Notes under the pieces: model-generated
Seen by the model: only the letters and a program-made list of their open reading frames with translations
The model's database searches: none
What the model was told of the DNA's origin: nothing
Translations under genes and position numbers: made by a program
In this document: in pieces, positions 12,399 to 22,761 of the stretch
How positions within the stretch are numbered: the stretch's first letter is position 1
Layout: the number at the start of each line of letters is the position of its first letter
Assembly: GCA_040954595.2 (NCBI GenBank)
Contig: CM082598.2
Coordinates: forward strand, 1,302,001-1,366,000
Length of the DNA stretch: 64,000 nt
Reading direction: 5' to 3'
Origin: Balanoglossus misakiensis
Taxonomy: Eukaryota; Animalia; Hemichordata

Positions 12399-15172
12399 CG
12401 TATTGGTGTTGCGTTGAACCTGATATATTTCCTATGTGTACAAAATCGTCATCTTTGGCCAATTTCGGATTCCAGACATTTTTCCCCGCAAAAGTAAACT
12501 ATTCCACTTCTATTGTCGCATGAATTCACCCAGGTCTTGCTGAGTAGAGTTTTGAATTCTTAGTAGACTCTGAACTGATGGATTCTTCAGTGGTCCGCGT
12601 TCGCACTAATCTGACAAACAAAAGGACGACCTTAGTCACAAAAGATCCCGTCCTTTTAATTTTCTTCAAAGCAGATAGTCTTGTTTCCTGAACGGTTCTG
12701 TTGCCTTATTTGTAGCAAACTATTTTCAGATATACTTATTTTCTAAATATATCCGACGAGTAACACATTGCGTATCTGGAATTGATTTTCTACAAAATGG
12801 CAACGGAAGGATCTAAAAAAAGTCAAAGCGGAACTGATCAGGGACCTTGCATCAGCCGCTATCGCCTCGAAGAAAACATCTGACGCCCAGATACAATGCA
12901 CATCACATGACATAGCTCCTCCCATCAAGGTTATTAATTATAATCGGTGAATTATGACGGGCCCCTGGATATGTTAGGGATGGCTGAAGGACCAGGCACT
13001 GGATCCTGCTGGTACCGATTTTTTGTTTGCTGAGCGAGCGGTTTACTACCTTGGCCACCATGATTTTTTTAATACCTGATATATATAACTTCTTCAGCAA
13101 TATTATGAAGTAACTCTATGCCTTCTGTCTTCACGTTCATTTTACAATTCCATGATTCATATAACAAGCTAATATCATCTCCGTCGCACTCTTCGTCCTA
13201 AAAAATACGCGCCTCTCAAATTTTCACAGAATCTCTTCCTCACTCGTTTTCCCCGTTTCGCATCTTGTCTCTCTTCCCAATCTGTCTCACATACATGTAA
13301 TTTGTAGAATGTACTCTAAGTGAAAATTGTCAGATCCATACATCTCCCCAAATGTTTCATAAGTTCAGGTTCATATGTGTTTCTTTTATCTGTGAACCGA
13401 GCTAACACATTTAGGCTATATATGCACCTCGACGAGAAACTTCCTCATTCGGAAATTATTCGAAATGGAATTGTGGGCAGACCACACAGAAAAATCACGG
13501 TTCACATCCTCTTTATTGAAATTGTGACTTTGTTAGTGATTTAGTAATCGGATATAAACGGATCATGGGCCGATCAAAACTTGCTGTCACGTCGGAAATC
13601 TTCGCGCATTTAAGATGTCAAAACCGTTGAAAAAGTCTTCGCGCGTTTGAGATGATATACAAGTGCTGACCGCGACATATCCGGCCATTCTTCTCCAAAT
13701 TTTATCATCCTTTTTAGGTCTTACTAATCGTTAGGTGCAAATCGGCTACAGGGAGGGTCATTATTTTTTTTTAAACTGTTAGTCACAACTGAACAATGGA
13801 ATGGGTGCGACAGGTATGTCATATGGGGGAGAAAGAGCGGTTTTGGTTGTAGCTTGCGGTGCTGTCCGAGAATGGATAAGGTGGATATAGAAAATCTAAT
13901 ATATTTATTGATATTGTTTTATACGTGAGCTAAATTTTGTCGTGCTTTTGCACTTTTTTGTTAAAGTTAAAAAAAAACAGGTCAAAGAACAATCCATACC
14001 CGATTCTATGATCGTCAATCATTTGATGTTTGTTTAGTCAAGGTGTGTGCGGGGGCGCGGTCAGAGAGATTGGCAAATAACAGAAGACTATAGAGATCAC
14101 CTGACCAGTTACCATGGCGTCGTCATCGTAAAATATTTACATACAATGGTACATGTACCCGGCTCCAAATAAATAGATAATCAAGCAAGGTTTGTCAAAT
14201 ATGCGACTGAGTAAACTCTGGGTTTGGCGAAAACAAGTCTTTCTGCCAACGCAATGATGCAACGGGTGGGAATACCAAAAAACATCTCGTCAAATCTAAC
14301 GCATGCGTCGACCGTGCGAAATTAGGCCATTGTCGTCAAAACAGATTAACCCCAGCTCTTAGCGAGAAACGGAATACAGCGATCGACTAGGTCAGCGTGA
14401 TCTTTAGTGACAAGTCACGCGAGGGCAGATTTTCAGATTTTGAAAGGGACAGAATGGGCGAACGGTCGCTCTTTTTGAATAAAAACAGTCGACAGAGTCT
14501 TTGCACTTTTTACAGCCAGGTTGGATGCTCACTGTACAATTTCGCAATCTCTCAGTGTCACGCCGACCTCGAGAGTGGTACTGACAAGAATGAGTGAAAA
14601 CAACAACCTTGATTCGGTCACAGACCCCCAAAAAACTTCCCCAAGGGTCAAGGCTTCTGACAAGACTATTACTTCTACAAAACGCGTACAGTTCTGACAG
14701 AGTTAAAAGTGATAGAGCTCAACTCCCGTTTCAAATTCACCGAATACACTCCACAGTCGCCTACGTCCACCATCTTTAAAGGTTCATTTGTTTTAAGACA
14801 CGATTACTCATGAAAATATGTTGCTAGCTGTTTGTCAAGCAAACAAGTGTTGAAGGGCGCTTCGGTTTGATCTCCATGCTAACCAGTGTCATATTCAAGG
14901 TATCGTGAATGACAATGGCAGTGCAGGGCAACTTGTGAAAAATAATGTCGGTCACTGCCCTCAGTTTGACTTATGCAAATAATCTAAATTCGGTTCACTC
15001 CTCCCAATATTAGTCAGTATAGGTGCCGCAGTCCAAGATATAGATATCTCAAGGTAACAAACAACTCGTGTCGATTACGACGATTCTAATATTCTGTATC
15101 AAGGGGAAAGAGAGTGGGCTCGTCTGTGTGTGACTGGCTGGTTTCAGTTTATGAATATTAATCTGCCTTGTG

Positions 15173-15237
15173 ATTGGTCGATTTCGTGGGTGTGTCAGGG
15201 GCTTGTTTGTTCCACGCTAAGGCTCGTCGGTATAAAA
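15173..15237 (+). promoter_or_regulatory. Core promoter of UCP paralog B (inverted CCAAT, TGTCA, TGTTT, TATAAAA)
   Basis: ATTGG 15173, TGTCA 15193, TGTTT 15204, TATAAAA 15231. Leader exon 1 runs from ~15261 to 15337|GTAAAT. Confidence 0.7.
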
Positions 15238-16186
15238 GCACCGTTTTTTCGCATGACGCAATTGCGACCAAGACCACGGCGACTGACAAGAGCTCTATAT
15301 TTTACCCTGAAAATTTCCCACCAACCAACGAACAAAGGTAAATCCATTTAATTGATTTTATTTTCTCTCTCGCTGATCTGGGCTCAATATCTTGACAGAT
15401 TGATAGTACGCTGATCATTTGAGTTTTCTATGAAACGGGATGAAGAATATTTGTCGTGTTGCAATCGTTCAAATTGGCCCTGGTTCCGTTTTTGATGAAA
15501 TTTCATATTTTTTCCACATTATTTTTTTACGGGATTGTATTATATTTTTGCCATGATAGGCCTACGTGTACAGAGAAATTCACGTTTCTGCAAACGCTTT
15601 CTTGCTTTTGAATCAAGAGGGTTAGGTTGGTTTTATCCACACTGTCATTTCCGGCTATTGTGAAATTTCTTTTTCGTGATGTCGAAACACCAGATGATGC
15701 AACAGTTTTGACTTCCTAAAATCCGAATCGGAATTTGAATGTACCAGGTATTACGGAACTTAAGTGATGAGTTTAGTTCATTTCATATACGTTGATGTTT
15801 TCCTGAATTCGTATGTTAACCTTGATCATACCGCACATCAGTATTTGTGAGCATTGAGAACTGCTCACTCTTTTAGCCGTCCCTCTGTGAGCCAATTAGC
15901 ATATTGGAATTGTTCAGAGTCGTGCACAGTACAAGCGAGAGAGAGAGGAACCCGGATCTTGGTCGAGCCCAAGCTTTTGAGATATTAAAAAAGAATAGAC
16001 AATACCCATCTTTTCATAAATAAAATGTATAAAATATGAGATTTCTTGATCCGCTGTGAAAGAAAAACAAACGACTATTGTTGCTCTATGTTCGCCGATA
16101 CCTTTTGCCATGACAAGGCTTTTCAGCAAGCGAGGACAAACGCTTCGTTTCTCAGCTGATCGACCTCGAATTTTCCCCGAGTACGA

Positions 16187-16250
16187 GTAGGCGTTTTTGG
16201 AGGTGTGGTGATATTCGAGAGCGCCGATTGGCTGACAGGGTGTGACGTCA
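16187..16250 (+). promoter_or_regulatory. Intron-1 module of paralog B with CCAAT and full CRE (TGACGTCA 16243-16250)
   Basis: Homologous to 8279-8340 (minus). GATTGGCTGACAGGG is also found at 11306-11320. Confidence 0.55.
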
Positions 16251-17021
16251 GCGTCGCACCATGATGACGTATGACCTTGTTTGCGCAGGGGAACTGAATA
16301 GCGCAAAATATCGCGGCGGTGAAAACCGGTATAGATACAGAATGTGTGGTCTACGTGCGTCGATGTAAACTGATTATGTCGCCGGTGATAATTTGGGTTT
16401 GCAAACCATGCTAAATTCGTTTATTTCTGTGGGGAGAATAAACCAGAACGAAATGAATCGCCTTGACGCAAAAGACGCGATCTGTTAATACATAACCAAT
16501 GTTTGTGTGTCAATCAGGTTGATTGGTTGCCTAGTAACGCGGATCAAAAATGCTGATGTGGCACTTTTTGTCGAGAATTCAACCGCCTAGAAATATTTTT
16601 TACAGTCTTCCTGATTCTTCATCGCTTAATTATGAGAATACAAGAGGCCATAGTCCGAGTATCCGCTTTGGTACGGTCAAAATTTTTTTTTTTAGAACAA
16701 TAGAAATATTTATTGAACATTAACTCGCTCATTAGCCGTTGGCCACACCCATTCCCGTCCGGTACCCAGTGTTTCGCAATGATGCGTCAGCACATCGTCT
16801 GATGTTGGGTGGATTTCGCAACTAAATTAGCTATCCAGGTTTTCATTTCCGCCAATTGTATTGCAAGAGCAGTTACTATAAAACCACTTTTCACCGGAAA
16901 GCAGACACCCTCACAACCGATAAACAGTCTGAGAAACGTCGGTCTGCATGCAGAGCCGTACTGAATTCCGAACACCGCAACTATATACGTTCTTTGTGTC
17001 TTTTTCATTCCAGATAATTTA

Positions 17022-17183
17022 ATGGCTACAATTCACACTCAAATTTTGACATCGTTAATACCTATGAGACTTCGGTTTTCCAACAATATACAACAACTTA
17101 GTCTTTTACGTTACCATCGTAACTACTACAGTGAAGACGATTTTCGGGACTCTTGCGGCATCACGTTATCCCTAGAACTCTAA
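17022..17183 (+). CDS. 53-aa upstream ORF (candidate micropeptide) in leader exon 2 of UCP paralog B
   Basis: ATG 17022 to TAA 17183: MATIHTQILTSLIPMRLRFSNNIQQLSLLRYHRNYYSEDDFRDSCGITLSLEL*. Exon 17014-17228 is bounded by CAG| and |GTAGGT. 37/53 identical to 7537-7698. Confidence 0.8.
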   Translation: MATIHTQILTSLIPMRLRFSNNIQQLSLLRYHRNYYSEDDFRDSCGITLSLEL

Positions 17184-17500
17184 CTAATCGCAGACGTTTT
17201 TATTACCGAAGAGTCTATTTTTCCGAAGGTAGGTCCATGTTTATCCAATTTGGAAGTTTGATAAATGCCTGCTTTTAATTAATCGGAAGAGTGGCCAGTT
17301 TTGCATTCTGTTGTTTCAGAAGTTCATCTTGCATGATTCTACAACATAATCCAGTGTTCAACATTTCTTATTCTTACTGTGTTGTCACCAATGACGTTCG
17401 ATCAAGATTTCTTTTTTCTTATTTTTTCAGTATTTATCTTTTTAAAAACCAAGTCTCATTCCGATTTCGAGTGTGAATTTTTCGACAATCAAGCATCAAA

Positions 17501-19314
17501 ATGGTTTACAAGCCCGTTGATGTTCAGCCATCGGTTGGTGTGAAATTTCTCAGTGCTGGGACGGCTGCCTGCATGGCCGATATGATCACATTCCCATTGG
17601 ACACTGCCAAAGTACGATTACAGGTAAGATAAAACTCCTCTTTTGATTGGTTGATACTGTGGCCTGATTTGCATATCGGCAAGACAACATAACATTTTCC
17701 CCTGTTGATTAGAAAATTTACTTTACATTATACAGGTAAGTAGGTTTCGAGAGCGTTTCTCATGAAGACGAAATCTTATTTTTTTTTCTTCAATTTTGCT
17801 TTCTTCCATAGGTACAAATGATGGCTAAACAAAAACGCACACGTGACCGTGTGACGTAATCCACACTTGATCCAATCACTGGAAATTATGACGTCATCAC
17901 TTGAGAAGTCCAACTTTTCCGATCGTGCCTCTTCGGAGCTGGCAAATTTTACCTTTCTATGAATTTTTCACCACACAGATCCAGGGTGAGGGCGCTACCT
18001 CTGCCAAGACAGTGGGGGCCATCACTAAGAGCGTTGTTAAGCAACCCGTGGTGCGTTACAACGGTATGGTCGGAACTATTTCGACCATCATCAGAACAGA
18101 AGGACCACGCGCCCTCTATAATGGTTTGAATGCTGGTTTGCAACGCCAGATGAGCTTCGCCTCTGTTCGGATTGGTCTTTACGATTCTGTGAAACAAACC
18201 TATCAGAATGGAGTAGCTCACAGTAAGTGTGCAAATTTGGTCTTCTTATTTATCATTGTGTGTGGTCCAAGGAGAGTGTTCTGTTGACTTCTGACAAAAA
18301 CACAATAGTCTTGTCACTAAACTGTTCAATGTTTTACAGGCCTGCCTGGTGGTGGTGTGATAACGCGCATCCTCGCTGGCATGACAACCGGTGCCATGGC
18401 AATCCTTGTTGCCCAGCCAACGGATGTCGTGAAAGTGCGCTTGCAAGCCCAGACCAATAACAGTGGCCCCAAGCGTTACCATGGCGCCCTCCATGCTTAC
18501 AAAACTATCTTTAAGAATGATGGAATGAAAGGGCTCTGGAGAGGTGAGTTATCCTTGGATTGTTTTGAATCATTGACAGGCCAAGACAGACAGTCAGACA
18601 GACAGAATGGAAGCTGAACTTTTTCATGTGCGCAGAAAAGGACGTTCCATTGGTGGGTTCATATCCATCTCAATTAACAAAACGACCACATTTTTTTGTT
18701 TCTAAACATCGTCTCGTTTACCTTCCAGGAACATTGCCAAACATAACCCGCAATGCTGTCATCAATTCTGCTGAATTGGTCGTCTACGACGTCACCAAAG
18801 AGAAGCTCCTCTCCATGAAGTTGTTGTCAGACAGCCTGCCTTGTCACTTCGTCTCTGCATTCCTCGCTGGCTTCATCGCCACATGCGTCGCTTCACCCGT
18901 CGATGTAGTGAAGACCCGCTTCATGAACTCCAGTCCAGGCCAGTACAAGGGCGCCATTGATTGCGCCGTCCAAATGTTCAGGGAAGGTGGAGGCAAGTCT
19001 TTCTACAAAGGGTGAGTTTTCCCACAATAACGCTGATAACTTTACCTACTGAAAGGAGTTGGCGATCACCAGTGATGACCAGTAGAGAGTAATAACCATT
19101 GAGATTCGATGTAACTGAAACTAAAAGAAATCTTAGTATTCGTCGTTTTACATTCTGAATAACCCCCCCCCCCCTCTCTCTCTCTTCAAATTCCAGGTTC
19201 ATGCCATCCTTCATGCGTCTTGGTTCATGGAACGTGTTCATGTTCATCTTTTATGAACAACTGAAGAAGTCGATCACTCAACGACAAAGACAAAGCCAAG
19301 TCCAAACCATGTAA
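17501..19314 (+). CDS. Mitochondrial uncoupling protein, UCP2/3-like paralog B (SLC25)
   Basis: Coding exons 17501-17623, 17979-18222, 18340-18543, 18729-19011, 19197-19314. Intron positions and phases are identical to paralog A. Motifs: [52 protein letters not shown]. Confidence 0.95.
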
Positions 19315-22300
19315 AGAAGAGCATGTCATGAAAGAAAAATGACGCAAACTACATCTTCGTTGGTACTACAATTCTCTGAGAGTGAGCTGTCCATGTATTG
19401 CACTGCAGTGGATAACCTCTGACCTTTCACTGCATCTATCGCATCTTGTAGCTTCTTCCTTTTACAGTACTTGTCCGGTTGACGCATCTACAATAGCAGC
19501 AAGTGAACGCGAACACTGAGACTTTTTTGGAGTTATTTTCCTCCATTTGAGGATAGAACTTCATGAAAGAAAAGTCCTTCTGCTCGTCGTCGTCTTGTTG
19601 AAGAGAGAATTTCCTAATAATCTTTTTTTTGGAGAATATTTGGTCTTTTGAGAGAGGGATTTTTGTCCCGGAAGTAGAGTCGCCGATTTGAACAGAGTTT
19701 TGGTCCGTTTTTGTTTGTTTTTATATAGGAAATGACACAGAACACCATAAGTCATTCACTGGCGTGTTTTATTTGTAACAGAATGTACTGACATTTAACA
19801 CGATGTAGATTTTTCATTACAACATTGACGTGATTTCCAGACTCCGCGCATGACTTTGCACAGACAAGAGAAAAAAAGACTTGTCTATGGTTTTCGAAAC
19901 AGTAAGGCTTACATTGGGTGACTACTGAGGCAATTGCTTTTATCATAACAGTTGGTCTCTTGTCAGATTATTCAGATTATACTTGCATTGAGTTGGAATT
20001 CATGTCAAGTTGTATTTATTTGTGCATATTTTCTAATGTTGTTAGAATAGAAGAAATTCGTGCAGAAGGAAAGATTTTACCGGGGACGAGGATAGAATTT
20101 TTCTTACTGACGAGAAGGAACGTGATCTTATGGACGATCTCCCCATGAGTGATTCCAGTCACACGCATGCGTAAATATTGTTTCACTGGAGGTCATTCCG
20201 ACCCGGGAAGATCTTCTCTTCTGTTACCATGGTTACTTTAATAGTTAGCGTGTGATGTTAGTACTATTTGGCTTCGGGTCACATTTGTTTCAAAACCTAG
20301 ATAGCCTAACAAATACTACACCCATTCACAACTCTTGATAGATTTACGCGGCACTTGTATCAGGAGATTAGGAAGAGTGGGAAAAGAGATCACAAAAATG
20401 CTTCGTCCGGTGAACTATTATGTTCACTTGTACTAAGAGCATTCGTAGCCGTGGTTTTGGAGTCGTTAGCCAAAAAATGTGTGTTTCCGGTAACCCGACC
20501 TACCTAGTTCAAACCCTGACCTTAAACTTTCTTTGTCTCTACTTTAGAGAAAATCAGATAAGATTTGATAACAGTTGAAAATAAAACGTGTTTTTATAAT
20601 ATTTTGGAAGGGTGTGTTACATGAGACAAACATTTTTTGGCTAACAAGGGGTATACTGGGATGGGATGGGGTGGGGTTGGGAGTAGAACCAACTGGGGTT
20701 ATTATTATTTTAGGAGTTGTGTTATTTTGGCCAGAATAAATGATTTCTCCTTTTCGGGGATCACCCCCATCACATGGATGGATCCAGGGAGAATGGTTTA
20801 TTCGTTCTTTCGGTTAACAGGGACGGATTATTTTTGTTAAAAAAAAATTATTTGATTCTAACATGATTATATTACACTCAATACCTTCTCATATCAATAT
20901 AACAATTTCTAGTTAAATCGTTGATGTAATTTCTGTGTGATATTTGACTCGAATCAATCGTTATAATTGTCTTGTTGAAATAATCTTTACATTGTACGCA
21001 GGAGCAGTGACGTCATAGACGTCTTATTTTTATTTTTACTCGTTTGTATACGACACTATTTGTTTCAAAGTCATTTATTATCATTAATTGACACGTGTTC
21101 TCACTGATGATAGATGTGAACTATGTATGTGTTAAAAAGAATACATTAAGAAATATAAATGTAATGTAATAAAACGTTCATATAAGATCGTTTACATAAA
21201 TGATGTGCAGTTTTATCACTTGAGACAACTGAGTGGTTGTGTGTGTGATTGCCAATTGTTTACATATCCACATTTACCCGCATATTTCTTGTAAAAATAT
21301 AAAAACAGTCAGATTGGAATCTCAAGGTGAGCAAATATGAGACACAACCTTTGGTTGGAAATTAACTCCTGAAAATATTATGAAAAGACACTGCTACATC
21401 TGATGATTCTGTCGACGAAGGTGCATTTGTATATAGGAGTAGCTCGCCAAACGTGTTTCGTACTCCTGAATTAATGGCCGTGTTTGACACTGGTGAGAAA
21501 TATTGGTAAGATTAACAGATGTAACATATCCGAATCCAATCGAAATCTCCAGCAAATTAGGAATGGACTAACACTACAAAGTCGAATCGATACTTTTGCA
21601 TTATGTTTTACAACGACTCTTGTAAACATGAGGACTCTTCTGTAATGGCAACCCTGGATGCTGCCATGGAAACGTTGTAACGTGGAGGAATTGTGGTCCA
21701 TTGCTCAGGGTACTGAACTGATAGGAACGCTACTACACGGTGCAACCTCTGCTAACAGAGAAATTTGTCATCATCCGTAACCCAGAACTTTCCACACTCA
21801 ATAAAAGAAACGAACTTGTGTCCTCACGTCGACACAGACACAAATCATTGTTACGCAACAATTAAGTCTAGAAACTCCTCATATCACTAGCTACACATTG
21901 TTATGCAAAACTGCCCACTCTAACCTACATTCCACCACCTGTGTACCTGCATATAACCATATACATTAGAGGGGGGAGACGGATCTTCCCCTTCTACTGT
22001 CTATGGTTTTGATGGATGGATCTATGCATCTGATGCTCCCATTTGATAGCCGCAATAATCCGCGTTAATGTGGCTGCAATGGACCTCTTTGTCGTTTGGA
22101 TATACACTACATTAATGGCCACCTGCCGCCTTAAGTAAATTTTCTTAATAGCTAAGTTAAAACGTCAATTTTATGACATTGGACATAGGCGATACAGGTA
22201 TTTATATTGTCTGCGAGGCACTAAGTACAGTCATTTGTTTGCGAAAAGATATAAAATTTTCCTCGTTTGTGTGTTCGGCTCACTGTTGCTGGTTGATCTG

Positions 22301-22761
22301 TCATCGTTCTCTTCAGTCGTCATCTACGTCATGCTTCTACTTGGGGACAAGTCTGGTGGGAACAGTTGATTTATAAGGATCCCGGATGTCTGGTACGCCT
22401 ACACGTCTTTTCCAGACGAATCAATGGCAAGTATCTTGAAGGTTTTATTTGGCGTTTCACTGAGCGACGTTTAGGTTTAGACTTGGCTGTGTTGAAGTTA
22501 GGCTTCAGCTACACACACCTGACGATCGGAAGCTTAGAAGATCTTTATCGCCACTGGTTTGAGACATTTGGGATTCGGACGTGGCGATGCTTGGTCAGTC
22601 TTCGTTCCCTGCACGTGGACAATCTGTTTAGTGTCACGGTGGGTGATACATGTAGTGTTATTGAGAGGCTGGCCTTTGCACCCTCTCTTCCGAGAACCAG
22701 ACGCGTATTTTAGCGTTGCCCACCGCTCGCTCCGTTCTGACAACCGAAGTAAGAGGCGAAT

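Noticed and set aside
7748-16990. Many 60-130 aa ORFs between and within the UCP leaders
   Set aside because: No domain similarity and no paralogous conservation, unlike the 53-aa uORFs; consistent with chance ORFs.
20465-20860. Possible transposon remnant (CCGACCTACC motif, G-rich tract)
   Set aside because: No matching second terminus, TSD or second copy could be established within the window.
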